The translations under genes were made by a program, and so were the position numbers. Positions 1-9,358 of a stretch of DNA of 55,468 bases are shown here, one piece after another. The stretch comes from Bacteroidaceae bacterium (GTDB lineage: Bacteria > Bacteroidota > Bacteroidia > Bacteroidales > Bacteroidaceae): positions 1 to 55,468 of the forward strand of contig JAZNKR010000181.1 of the NCBI GenBank assembly GCA_045578665.1. Reading direction: 5' to 3'. Within the stretch, counting starts at the first letter, position 1, and the number at the start of each line of letters is the position of its first letter. The notes below the pieces were generated by a model. The model did not search any database. It had not been told where the DNA came from and saw nothing but the letters and a program-made list of their open reading frames with translations.

Positions 1-36
1 ATACAAGCTTGCTTGATATGGCTGAGGTGCGAAGGA

Positions 37-114
37 GAAAAACTCTGTTAAATAAGCCGAAATGAACAGCGCAAATATAGAATTATTTTTCAATAAAATT
101 CAAACAGCTTCTTA
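37..114 (-). repeat. 78-nt repeat carrying a minus-strand promoter box; second copy at 30644-30721
   Basis: Near-identical to 30644-30721 (gaaaaactctgttaaataagc.gaaatgaacagcgcaaatatagaattatttt...cttctta). Contains CAAATATA at 72-79, which is TATATTTG on the minus strand. Confidence 0.7.
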
Positions 115-120
115 GATTGA

Positions 121-2430
121 TTATTTTCCTGACAACATCTCATGCATAGAGGCAGCAGCCTTGCGACCGTCTCCCATTGCAAGAATTACGGTAGCACCGC
201 CGCGGACAATGTCGCCTCCTGCAAATATGGTGGGAATAGAGGACTGCATCTTTTCGTTGACTGCAATAGTATTCTTGCGTCCGAGTTCAAGTCCCTCGAC
301 CGATGTAGGAACAAGCGGGTTGGGCGATACACCTACGCTGACAACAGCTGTATCAATGTCGATAGTCTCTATTGCGCCTTCGATGGGCACGGGTGAACGG
401 CGACCTGAAGCATCGGGTTCGCCAAGCTCCATCTTCTGGAGGACAATCTGCTTGACACAGCCATTCTCGTCGGCAATGTACTCGATGGGGTTGTGCAGAG
501 TGAGGAATTCAACACCCTCCTCCTTGGCATGCTTCACCTCTTCGAGACGTGCGGGCATTTCTGCCTCGGAACGACGATAGATAATCATTGCCTTCTCTGC
601 TCCTAAACGGAGTGCTGTTCTTACAGAGTCCATAGCTGTGTTTCCACCGCCGACCACTGCCACGCGCTTGCCTATTCTCATGGGGGTGTCGCTCTCGGGG
701 TTGGATGCGTCCATGAGGTTGACACGTGTAAGATACTCGTTCGACGACATGATGTTTATCGAGTTCTCACCGGGGATATTCATGAAGTTGGGAAGTCCGG
801 CACCGGATGCCACAAAGACACCCTTGAAGCCATCTGCCTCGAGGTCGGCGATAGAGAGTGTCTTTCCTATCACGCAGTCCTTTACAAACTTCACACCCAT
901 CTCCTCGAGATTCTTTATCTCTACATCGACGATTGCGTTGGGAAGACGGAATTCGGGAATACCATACTTGAGCACACCGCCAATCTCGTGCAATGCCTCG
1001 AATACGGTTACATCGTAGCCCGATTTTGCCATATCACCGGCAAACGAAAGACCCGCGGGACCTGAACCTACCACAGCAACCTTTATACCGTTGGAGGGTG
1101 CCACTGTGGGAACGGACATCTCACCGTTCTCGCGAGCATAGTCGGCAGCAAAGCGCTCAAGCGCACCGATGGCTACAGCCTTTTTGCCCATCTTCAGATG
1201 CATACACTTCGATTCGCACTGCTTCTCCTGAGGACATACACGACCACAAACGGCAGGCAGTGAACTTGTCATCTTCAACACCTTTGCAGCCTTGCCGAAC
1301 TCTCCACGCTCGATATTCTTGATGAACGAGGGGATGTTGATGCTTACGGGGCAACCCTCCATACATGTGGGGTTGGGGCAGTCGAGACAACGCTGTGCCT
1401 CGGTGAGTGCCATCTCCTCTGTAAGTCCGCGGTTAACCTCTTCTCTGAGACTGCGGGCACGATATACAGGGTCGAGTTCGGGCATTGTGCAACGCTCGAT
1501 GTTTGTTCTGTCCTTAGCCTTCATTTTGCCACGGAGAGCCACGCGCCACTCTGCATTTCTGTCAATGAGCTCGGCGTCCTCGCTTACAGCTGCCTCAGCC
1601 TCGCAACCGTGCACCTCGTTGTATTTTTCAATCTCATGACGCTCCATATCCTTGAATGCGGCAAGGCGCTTGAGCATACCATCGAAATCTACCTTGTGAC
1701 CATCGAATTCGGGACCGTCGACGCACACAAACTTTGTCTTTCCGTCGACTGTAACACGGCAAGCACCGCACATTCCTGTGCCGTCTACCATGATGGTGTT
1801 CAGAGAAACCTCTGTGGGGATATCATACTTCTTTGTCAACAGGCAGACGAACTTCATCATCACTGCGGGACCAATGGCAAAACATTTGTCCACCTTCTCG
1901 CGCTTGATGACGCGCTCCACACCCTCGGTAACGAGACCTTTGTCGCCGTATGAGCCGTCGTCTGTCATTATTATAACCTCGTCGGAAACTGCACGCACCT
2001 CCTTTTCGAGGATGATGAGTTCCTTGCTGCGACCTGCAAGCACTGAAATTACTCGGTTACCAGCCTTCTTGAGGGCTGTGGCAATGGGAAGCATGGGAGC
2101 TACACCTACTCCACCGCCGGCGCAGACAACTGTTCCGTGGTTCTCTATGTGTGTGGGCTGTCCCAAAGGACCTACAACATCGAGGATGCTGTCGCCCTCG
2201 TTGAGTTCGCACAGACGTGTAGAACTCAATCCTACCTTCTGCACAACGAGAGTGATGATGCCCTTCTCGGCGTCGGATGCAGCAATTGTCAAGGGGATAC
2301 GCTCTCCCTTTTCGGCAATGCGCACAATTACAAAGTTACCTGCGCGGCAGGCGCGTGCTATGAGCGGAGCCTCTACGCAGAGACGGAATACGTTCTGTGA
2401 AAACTGCTCCTTTGATACTATCTTGTACAT
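121..2430 (-). CDS. Fusion of a PyrK/NfnA-like FAD/NAD(P)-binding Fe-S subunit with a GltD/NfnB-like NADPH oxidoreductase (glutamate synthase small-chain family)
   Basis: 769-aa ORF. The N-terminal ~280 aa form a ferredoxin-reductase-like fold ending in a Cys cluster (MCGACRV...CVDGPEF). The C-terminal ~470 aa have Fe-S Cys motifs (CLDCPNPTCMEGCP; CGRVCPQEKQCESKC) and two dinucleotide folds (VAVVGSGPAG; VAVVGGGNTAMD). Confidence 0.85.
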   Translation of the reverse strand: MYKIVSKEQFSQNVFRLCVEAPLIARACRAGNFVIVRIAEKGERIPLTIAASDAEKGIITLVVQKVGLSSTRLCELNEGDSILDVVGPLGQPTHIENHGTVVCAGGGVGVAPMLPIATALKKAGNRVISVLAGRSKELIILEKEVRAVSDEVIIMTDDGSYGDKGLVTEGVERVIKREKVDKCFAIGPAVMMKFVCLLTKKYDIPTEVSLNTIMVDGTGMCGACRVTVDGKTKFVCVDGPEFDGHKVDFDGMLKRLAAFKDMERHEIEKYNEVHGCEAEAAVSEDAELIDRNAEWRVALRGKMKAKDRTNIERCTMPELDPVYRARSLREEVNRGLTEEMALTEAQRCLDCPNPTCMEGCPVSINIPSFIKNIERGEFGKAAKVLKMTSSLPAVCGRVCPQEKQCESKCMHLKMGKKAVAIGALERFAADYARENGEMSVPTVAPSNGIKVAVVGSGPAGLSFAGDMAKSGYDVTVFEALHEIGGVLKYGIPEFRLPNAIVDVEIKNLEEMGVKFVKDCVIGKTLSIADLEADGFKGVFVASGAGLPNFMNIPGENSINIMSSNEYLTRVNLMDASNPESDTPMRIGKRVAVVGGGNTAMDSVRTALRLGAEKAMIIYRRSEAEMPARLEEVKHAKEEGVEFLTLHNPIEYIADENGCVKQIVLQKMELGEPDASGRRSPVPIEGAIETIDIDTAVVSVGVSPNPLVPTSVEGLELGRKNTIAVNEKMQSSIPTIFAGGDIVRGGATVILAMGDGRKAAASMHEMLSGK

Positions 2431-2453
2431 AATAGTGTGTGTTTTTTACTTTT

Positions 2454-3728
2454 TTAGTCAATGATATCGAATCCGCAATAGGGAACGAGTACTTTTGGTA
2501 TTCTGATACCCTCGGGAGTCTGGTTGTTCTCGAGTATGGCTGCCACTATACGGGGAAGCGCAAGGGCAGAACCGTTCAATGTGTGGCAAAGTTCTGTCTT
2601 CTTGTCGGCAGTGCGGTAACGGCACTTCAGACGGTTGGCCTGATAGGACTCGAAGTTTGAAACCGAACTAACCTCCAACCAACGCTCCTGTGCAGCCGAA
2701 TATACCTCGAAGTCGAATGTTATAGAAGAGGTGAAGCTCATGTCGCCACCGCAGAGACGGAGGATTCTGTAAGGAAGTTCGAGTTTCTTCACAAGGTTCT
2801 CCACGTGTGCTATCATCTCGTCGAGCGACTGGTAAGAGTGCTCGGGTGTATCTATGCGCACAATCTCCACCTTGTTGAACTGATGCAGACGGTTGAGACC
2901 GCGCACATCCTTGCCGTATGAACCTGCCTCGCGACGGAAACATGCCGAGTACGCACAGTTCTTGATGGGCAAAGACTTCTCGTCGAGGATTACATCGCGG
3001 TAGATGTTGGTCACGGGAACCTCTGCTGTGGGGATAAGATAAAAATCGTCGAGCTTGCAATGGTACATCTGTCCCTCCTTGTCGGGCAACTGACCTGTAC
3101 CGTATCCCGAAGCCTCGTTTACCACGTAGGGAGGCTCAATTTCCAAGTAACCTGCATCACGTGCCTCATCGAGGAAGAAGTTGATGAGCGCGCGCTGCAG
3201 ACGCGCACCTTTGCCTTTGTAGACAGGGAATCCGGCGCCGGTAATCTTCACACCGAGTTCAAAATCTATAAGATCGTATTTTTTCGCCAAGTCCCAGTGA
3301 GGCATAGCACCCTCGAAGAGTGCAGGCTTGACACCGCCTTCGCGCTCAGTAACATTGTCCTCGGCACCGAAACCTTCGGGAACCGTATCATTGGGAAGGT
3401 TGGGAATTGTGTAAAGAATCTCCTGTGTCTTCGCTGCAGCATCTTCCATTGCAGCCTCAAGAGCCTTTGCCTTCTCCTTGAGTTCGGCAACCTGTTTCTT
3501 CACCTCCTCTGCCTCGGCAATATTCTTCTCCTTCATCAGCTGACCGATTTTTGCAGCACACTGTTTGCTCTGCTGCAATGTAGCGTCGAGTTCGCTCTGA
3601 GAAGAACGACGTACCTTGTCATACTCCAGCACCTTCTCTATTGTCTCTTTTGCATTTTTGAAATGCTTCTTTTCCAATCCCTTGAGAACCTTTTCTGTCT
3701 CTTGGGTAATAACTTTAAGCGTAAGCAT
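2454..3728 (-). CDS. serS: Seryl-tRNA synthetase
   Basis: 424 aa. N-terminal coiled-coil arm followed by a class II aaRS core (FRREAGSYGKDVRGLNRLHQF; GSALALPR). Confidence 0.95.
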   Translation of the reverse strand: MLTLKVITQETEKVLKGLEKKHFKNAKETIEKVLEYDKVRRSSQSELDATLQQSKQCAAKIGQLMKEKNIAEAEEVKKQVAELKEKAKALEAAMEDAAAKTQEILYTIPNLPNDTVPEGFGAEDNVTEREGGVKPALFEGAMPHWDLAKKYDLIDFELGVKITGAGFPVYKGKGARLQRALINFFLDEARDAGYLEIEPPYVVNEASGYGTGQLPDKEGQMYHCKLDDFYLIPTAEVPVTNIYRDVILDEKSLPIKNCAYSACFRREAGSYGKDVRGLNRLHQFNKVEIVRIDTPEHSYQSLDEMIAHVENLVKKLELPYRILRLCGGDMSFTSSITFDFEVYSAAQERWLEVSSVSNFESYQANRLKCRYRTADKKTELCHTLNGSALALPRIVAAILENNQTPEGIRIPKVLVPYCGFDIID

Positions 3729-3793
3729 CTTTGTTTATCTGTTTTTAATCTATTCTTCAATCATTCGTGCCTGTCCGGCATATTTATCCATGT

Positions 3794-4253
3794 GCGAGTG
3801 CAACCTATATTCGCAACGTAGTTGCAAAGATAGTGCAAACGAGCGAGTAAAAAACTTGTTTTTATTCACAGCGAGTGCAGCCTATATTCGCAACGTAGTT
3901 GCAACTATTTTGCAAAGATAGTGCAAATCAATATGAAAACAATCAAATTTAACCTAAGATATTAAACACACAGACAAAAAACAGAACCAAAACAGCACAT
4001 TATATATTTAAATTGAGTTAAAACAATCTTTTTTTTTGTAATTTTACAACGCAATTGCATAATTAGAGGTAAATTCGCACAAATATAGAAACAAACGAGC
4101 GAGAAATATGAAGTTTACTTCGATATTTTTCACAGCGAGTGCAATGTATATTCGAGGTTATCTCAAATATAGAAACAAACGAGCGAGAAATATGAAGTTT
4201 ACTTCAATATTTTTCACAGCGAGTGCAGGAAACATTCGAGGTTTACCACAAAT
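3794..4253. repeat. Array of degenerate ~77-84-bp repeat units (about 5 units, interrupted by ~140 bp of unique AT-rich sequence)
   Basis: Units start at 3794, 3871, 4135 and 4219, with a partial unit at 4078-4134. The unit consensus is gcgagtgca..ctatattcg...caaa[g/t]ata..aaacgagcgag...ttttcaca. Units 4081-4164 and 4165-4248 are an almost exact 84-bp tandem pair. Confidence 0.8.
3825..3832 (-). promoter_or_regulatory. Candidate Bacteroidota -7 box (TATCTTTG) for serS
   Basis: CAAAGATA on the plus strand equals TAnnTTTG on the minus strand, about 100 nt upstream of the serS ATG. Confidence 0.45.
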
Positions 4254-5411
4254 ATGGCAACAAATTTACATAAAATCATAAACCACACTACAAAGTTGCT
4301 GTTGCTTGCAATATTGGTGATATTCGCAGCAACAACCGTAGAGGCGCAGACAGGCAAGCGTCCCTTCACCATTGTCATAGATGCCGGACACGGCGGCAAA
4401 GACCCCGGCGCACTCTCATCGAACAGGAAGCTGAAAGAGAAGAACATCAATCTCGATGTTGCCTTGTCGTTGGGCAAAATGATAAACGCTGCATACCCCG
4501 AAATAAAAATCGTATACACACGCAAAAGCGACAAATTCGTAACATTGGGCGACCGCGCACAGATAGCCAACAGAGCCAAAGCGGACCTTTTCATCTCCAT
4601 ACACACCAACGCCGCAAAATCGACCAGACTGAACGGCTGCGAGACATTTACCTTGGGCTCGGGCAGCAATGCCGAAGCAAAAAAGGCAGCCCAATACGAG
4701 AACAAGGTAATGGAATTGGAAGAGAACTACCGCGAGACCTATAAAAAGTTCAACTCTCTCTCCACCGAAGACTACATAGTGCTCGAAATGTTGCGCACAC
4801 ACGACATCGAAAAGAGCATCTATTGTGCCGATGCAATACAGAAAAACATGATCAGACGCAGCAAGCGCAACAATCTTGGAGTGAAAAATGCAGGCTTTTA
4901 TGTATTGCACCAGACCAACATGCCAAGCATACTCATAGAGTTGGGATTCATCAGCAACCCGGGAGACATGAAATACCTGAGTTCATCAGCCGGCAAACAG
5001 GCACTTACCAAAGGCATATTCGACGGATTCTCGGCATATTACAAACAATACGGGCACTCCAGGAACTCGGCAAAAGCACCATCCGTGCCGGTAGCAGAGC
5101 CCGAGGTTGAAGAGGCAAGCACAGGGACAACGTCATCCACTTCTGCCCCTGTTTTCAAGATACAGATACTGACGTCGGACAAAGCACTGAAAGCAAAGGA
5201 CAAAAGGCTGAAAGGTGTAAAAGCCTCATACTATAAGGAGAACGGATTGTACAAATACACCTACGGCTCCACCACCGACTACAACGAGATTCTGAGACTG
5301 CACAAAAACATCAAGAGCAAGTTCAAGGAATCGTTCATAGTAGCATTCCGTGGCGACAAAAAGATAAGTACACGCACAGCAATAGACGAATATAAAAAGA
5401 AGAAAAAATAA
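4254..5411 (+). CDS. N-acetylmuramoyl-L-alanine amidase (Amidase_3) with a C-terminal SPOR-like domain
   Basis: Signal peptide, then the amidase core (IDAGHGGKDPGA; ISIHTNA; ILIELGFISN), a Ser/Thr-rich linker and a SPOR-like C-terminus (FKIQILTS...FIVAFRGDK). Confidence 0.85.
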   Translation: MATNLHKIINHTTKLLLLAILVIFAATTVEAQTGKRPFTIVIDAGHGGKDPGALSSNRKLKEKNINLDVALSLGKMINAAYPEIKIVYTRKSDKFVTLGDRAQIANRAKADLFISIHTNAAKSTRLNGCETFTLGSGSNAEAKKAAQYENKVMELEENYRETYKKFNSLSTEDYIVLEMLRTHDIEKSIYCADAIQKNMIRRSKRNNLGVKNAGFYVLHQTNMPSILIELGFISNPGDMKYLSSSAGKQALTKGIFDGFSAYYKQYGHSRNSAKAPSVPVAEPEVEEASTGTTSSTSAPVFKIQILTSDKALKAKDKRLKGVKASYYKENGLYKYTYGSTTDYNEILRLHKNIKSKFKESFIVAFRGDKKISTRTAIDEYKKKKK

Positions 5412-6310
5412 TGAAAAAGATATTTTCACGCGAAGTAATCATAGGAGCTACGGGCATAATAGCCATACTCGTAATATACCTGTTGATAAATTTCTTTAAA
5501 GGCATCAACCTCTTCAAGCCCGACAACCACTATTATGTAAAGTTCAGCGATGTGTGCCAGCTTGTAAATTCGAGCCCTGTATTCATCAACGGATACAGCG
5601 TAGGTAACGTGCGCGACATAAACTACGACTACACCAATCCCGGGAATATCATCGTAACAATAGAAATCGACGAACGCATGAAGGTGCCCGCAGGCAGTTA
5701 CGCCACCATCACCACCCACATGCTCGGTGGCACAGACATTAGTCTTGTGCTTGCAAACAGCAACAGGATTCTCTCCCCCGGCGACACCATCACTGGAATA
5801 CCCGACAAGGGAATCGCAGCTGTAGCCGGTGAGAAGATACTCCCCGCCTTTGACCGCATGATACCCAAACTCGACTCAATACTCGGCAACCTCAATACCC
5901 TGCTTGCCAACCCCTCGCTGAACAGCACCGTTGACAATGCTGCAGCCCTGACCGAAGAGTTGAAGAAGACAACAGCAAGCATAAACAGGCTGCTCGCAAA
6001 AGATGTACCGGCAATAACCGACCGCATGGTACGTCTCGAAGACGATATGCTCGCTGTCAGCGGAGAGCTCAAGAACATCGACTATGCAAGCATAACCAAA
6101 GAACTTGAACAGACCCTTGTAAATGTAAGGAAACTGACAAGTGCCCTGAACTCCAACAACGGCACTATAGGTCTGCTGCTGAACGACACCACACTCTACC
6201 GCAACCTCTGCACCACCTGCGAACAGGCAGAATCACTGCTTGTGAACCTGCGCGAAGAGCCCAAACGCTATGTGCATTTCTCCATTTTCGGTAGGAAAGA
6301 TAAGAAATAA
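5411..6310 (+). CDS. mlaD: MlaD/MCE-family protein (outer-membrane lipid asymmetry type)
   Basis: N-terminal TM anchor followed by an MCE domain (VNSSPVFINGYSVGNVRDI). The start overlaps the amidase stop (TAATG). Confidence 0.75.
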   Translation: MKKIFSREVIIGATGIIAILVIYLLINFFKGINLFKPDNHYYVKFSDVCQLVNSSPVFINGYSVGNVRDINYDYTNPGNIIVTIEIDERMKVPAGSYATITTHMLGGTDISLVLANSNRILSPGDTITGIPDKGIAAVAGEKILPAFDRMIPKLDSILGNLNTLLANPSLNSTVDNAAALTEELKKTTASINRLLAKDVPAITDRMVRLEDDMLAVSGELKNIDYASITKELEQTLVNVRKLTSALNSNNGTIGLLLNDTTLYRNLCTTCEQAESLLVNLREEPKRYVHFSIFGRKDKK

Positions 6311-6526
6311 AAAAAGGTTCTGAATACCATTTGCGGGGCTTCTTGGTTATACGTAATCGAGCAGCCCCGCAACTATTTACTTGCCAAGACACGAAGGGGG
6401 ATACTATCATTAATAATTAGTTACTTTCCATTACAATAAGCAAAATTCACTAAAATTGTTATTGAAGCCGACTGTTTTTATAACGAACTTTGCACTCGAT
6501 AAAGACGAACAAAAACAGACAGAAAA

Positions 6527-8857
6527 ATGAACAGACTTTTAGTAGCACTGCTGCTCGCCGCACTGAGCACCAACCCGACAGATGCAACTGCGGCATTCCC
6601 CACGACAAACAGCCACGAAACCACAGAAATCAAAAAAGGCTGTTACATATCGGGACATGTAATAGAAAAGAAGAGCGAAGAGAACATACCCTTCGCCAAC
6701 ATCTACATCATCGAGACCAAACAAGGAACCGTAAGCAACGAAGCCGGACAGTTCGAGTTCAAGAACATGACACCCGGAGAATACACACTACGCGTATCGG
6801 CTATGGGTTACCGCACCGAGACAAAGAAAGTTACCGTCAGCAAGGAGTATGCCACAGTTGTGCACTTCGAAATGCTCGACGAATCACTGAAGATAGAAGA
6901 GCTTGTAGTATCTGCCAACCGCAACGAAGTGAGCCGCCGCGAAGCACCTGTAGTGGTGAACATCGCCGATCCCAAACTCATAGAGACAGTCAACTCCACC
7001 GACCTTGCCAAGACACTCAACTACCTGCCGGGACTGCGCGTAGAGAACAACTGTCAGAATTGCGGATTCCCCCAGGTAAAAATCAACGGACTCGAAGGTC
7101 CCTACTCACAGATACTCATCAACAGCCGCCCGGTAGTTAGCGCCCTCAGTGGAGTCTACGGGCTCGAACAGATACCCGTGAGCATGATTGAGCGTGTAGA
7201 GGTTGTACGCGGAGGCGGCTCGGCACTCTTCGGAGCAAACGCGGTAGGCGGCACCATCAACATCATCACCAAAGACCCTGTAAACAACTCGTTCCAGGTA
7301 TCATCGAACATCTCCAACATGAACGGCGACGCATGGGAACAATATATGGGTGCAAACGTATCGCTTGTCTCAAAAGACAACTCCTACGGCATTGCCCTCT
7401 ACCAGAGCTACCGCAACCGCAACAACTACGACCACGATGGCGACGGTTTCTCCGAACTTGGTGAGTTGAACATGAACACATTCGGTCTGCGCACATACTA
7501 CCGTCCCACCCACACAAGCCGCATCAACCTCGAATATCACACCACCAACGAAACACGACGCGGTGGCAACAAGTTCGACCTGCAACCCCACGAGGCAGAC
7601 ATAACCGAACAGACAAAGCACATAATCAACAGCGGAGGTCTCTCATACGACAAATCATGGGACGACTACAAGCACAAGCTATCGATTTATGGCTCAGTGC
7701 AGCACATCGACCGCGACAGCTACTATGGCGCGCAGCGCGACCCCAACGCCTACGGTAAGACCGACGACCTCACATGGGTAACCGGCGCCACATACACCGC
7801 AGGCATCGACAAATGTCTCTTCTCGCCCTCTACCTTCACCGGCGGACTCGAGTATCAGGAGAACAACCTCCACGACATAATGACCGGATACAACCGCGAC
7901 ATGCAGCAGGATGTGCGCATAGCCAGTCTCTTTGTGCAGAACGAATGGGACATAGACCTCTTCTCGCTGCTCGTAGGTGCACGCGTCGACAAACACAACC
8001 TCATCGACGACCCCATCATCAGCCCCCGTGTCAACCTGCTCTTCAAGCCCGAAGAGGATTTTCAGGCACGCCTCACCTACTCCACCGGCTTCCGCGCACC
8101 GCAGGCCTACGACGAGGACCTTCATGTTACAGCTGTCGGAGGAGAGGGTGTGCAGATTACCCTTGCCGACGGATTGAAAGAGGAACGCTCCAACAGCTTC
8201 AGCGGCTCTATCGATTGGACTACACAACTTGGACACTGGCAGTCGAACATTCTGCTCGAAGGATTCTACACCGGACTGAACGATGTGTTTGTACTCGAAG
8301 ACATTGGCGAGAACGCCGAGGGATATGTACTCAAAGAGCGTCGCAATGGCAGCGGAGCAAAAGTATACGGTATTAACCTCGAAGCCAAAATGGCTCACGG
8401 CAAGGACATATCAATACAGATGGGAGCTACCGCACAGCGCAGCCGATACAACAGCGAAGAGGTGTGGAGCGAAGCAGACGGCACCCCTCTCACCACAAAG
8501 CGCATGCCCCGAACACCCGATTTCTACGGTTACCTGACACTCACAACATCACCCATAAAGAACTTCGAAGCATCAATTTCGGGCACATACACAGGAGAGA
8601 TGATTGTCCCCCACTATGCAGGCTACATAGAGAAAGACCGCATGGAAGAGACTCCCGACTTTGTCGACATCAACCTCAAGCTCAACTACACATTCGTGCT
8701 TCGCGACCACATAAAGCTGCAGTTCAACACAGGTGTGCAGAACATATTCGACAGTTTCCAGAAAGACCTCGACAAGGGCGAATTCCGCGATTCGGGATAC
8801 ATTTACGGTCCCACCCAACCCCGCACAGTATTTGTAGGAGTTAAAATAATGAACTAA
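6527..8857 (+). CDS. TonB-dependent receptor with an N-terminal carboxypeptidase-regulatory-like domain
   Basis: 776 aa. Signal peptide, CarboxypepD_reg-like segment (GHVIEKKSEENIPFANIYI...YTLRVSAMGY), plug (ERVEVVRGGGSALFGANAVGGTINIITK) and a long beta-barrel. The C-terminus ends KIMN rather than in the usual aromatic residue. Confidence 0.9.
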   Translation: MNRLLVALLLAALSTNPTDATAAFPTTNSHETTEIKKGCYISGHVIEKKSEENIPFANIYIIETKQGTVSNEAGQFEFKNMTPGEYTLRVSAMGYRTETKKVTVSKEYATVVHFEMLDESLKIEELVVSANRNEVSRREAPVVVNIADPKLIETVNSTDLAKTLNYLPGLRVENNCQNCGFPQVKINGLEGPYSQILINSRPVVSALSGVYGLEQIPVSMIERVEVVRGGGSALFGANAVGGTINIITKDPVNNSFQVSSNISNMNGDAWEQYMGANVSLVSKDNSYGIALYQSYRNRNNYDHDGDGFSELGELNMNTFGLRTYYRPTHTSRINLEYHTTNETRRGGNKFDLQPHEADITEQTKHIINSGGLSYDKSWDDYKHKLSIYGSVQHIDRDSYYGAQRDPNAYGKTDDLTWVTGATYTAGIDKCLFSPSTFTGGLEYQENNLHDIMTGYNRDMQQDVRIASLFVQNEWDIDLFSLLVGARVDKHNLIDDPIISPRVNLLFKPEEDFQARLTYSTGFRAPQAYDEDLHVTAVGGEGVQITLADGLKEERSNSFSGSIDWTTQLGHWQSNILLEGFYTGLNDVFVLEDIGENAEGYVLKERRNGSGAKVYGINLEAKMAHGKDISIQMGATAQRSRYNSEEVWSEADGTPLTTKRMPRTPDFYGYLTLTTSPIKNFEASISGTYTGEMIVPHYAGYIEKDRMEETPDFVDINLKLNYTFVLRDHIKLQFNTGVQNIFDSFQKDLDKGEFRDSGYIYGPTQPRTVFVGVKIMN

Positions 8858-9095
8858 CTTAAGTTTCGTAAGACTCACAGCGTTTGACATAACTGAGTAT
8901 ATTGCCGATGCCACAGTCAAAGTAAACGGGAACAGCATTACTTTATCAAGTGCAAACAATAGCTCTGTTGCTATCTATACCACTAGTGGCTCGCTTGTAG
9001 AGAAAATAGACAGCTACACCGGCGAAGATATAATGCTTGACAAGGGTATTTACATTATCCGCATAGGAAATAAAACAATGAAAGTAAAGTTGTAA
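8853..9095 (+). pseudogene. Orphan T9SS (Por) C-terminal sorting-domain remnant with no start codon or cargo domain
   Basis: Open frame (+1 relative to the receptor gene) encoding ...ADATVKVNGNSITLSSANNSSVAIYTTSGSLVEKIDSYTGEDIMLDKGIYIIRIGNKTMKVKL*. This pattern is typical of T9SS type-A CTDs. There is no ATG/GTG/TTG before the last third of the frame. Confidence 0.55.
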
Positions 9096-9118
9096 CATTA
9101 CTCACACAAAACCACAGA

Positions 9119-9160
9119 AGTCTCTGTCTGTCCACGTAAGGGATAGGCAGAGGCTTTTTT
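9119..9160 (+). terminator. Rho-independent terminator
   Basis: Stem agtctctgtctgtc / gataggcagaggct (with G-U pairs) followed by TTTTTT. Confidence 0.6.
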
Positions 9161-9358
9161 AATTTGAGGAGTTCAAAACACAAGCAGAATAAAAAAAATC
9201 CCGGACACCAATGATATCTATCTCACCTTTTTCATACCGTACATTCACATTGTGTGTGCAGAATTTGCACAAAATTCGTGTAGAAAAGACGATTTATTCC
9301 AAAATGCTTAGAAATACGTTTTTTCTGCATTTCCTTTGTCGCAACAAAAGCAAAAGCC

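Noticed and set aside
142-2464. Numerous plus-strand ORFs (e.g. 142-396, 161-580, 1778-2464) overlapping the 769-aa minus-strand gene. Similar antisense ORFs lie inside other large genes (e.g. 7694-8398, 13273-14118, 14200-15288, 21005-21805, 21396-22475, 33576-34493, 38716-39414, 43868-44800, 49890-50792).
   Set aside because: These are shadow ORFs on the opposite strand or in alternative frames of strongly supported genes. Their translations are low-complexity (Arg/Ser/Cys/His-rich) with no recognisable motifs.
4108-4283. A small ORF, MKFTSIFFTASAMYIRGYLKYRNKRARN repeated twice in frame within the 84-bp tandem repeat. A related peptide lies at the end of ORF 3616-3921.
   Set aside because: The 84-bp unit is a multiple of three, so the frame is kept trivially. 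The ORF is under 60 aa, overlaps the amidase start, and shows no independent coding signal.
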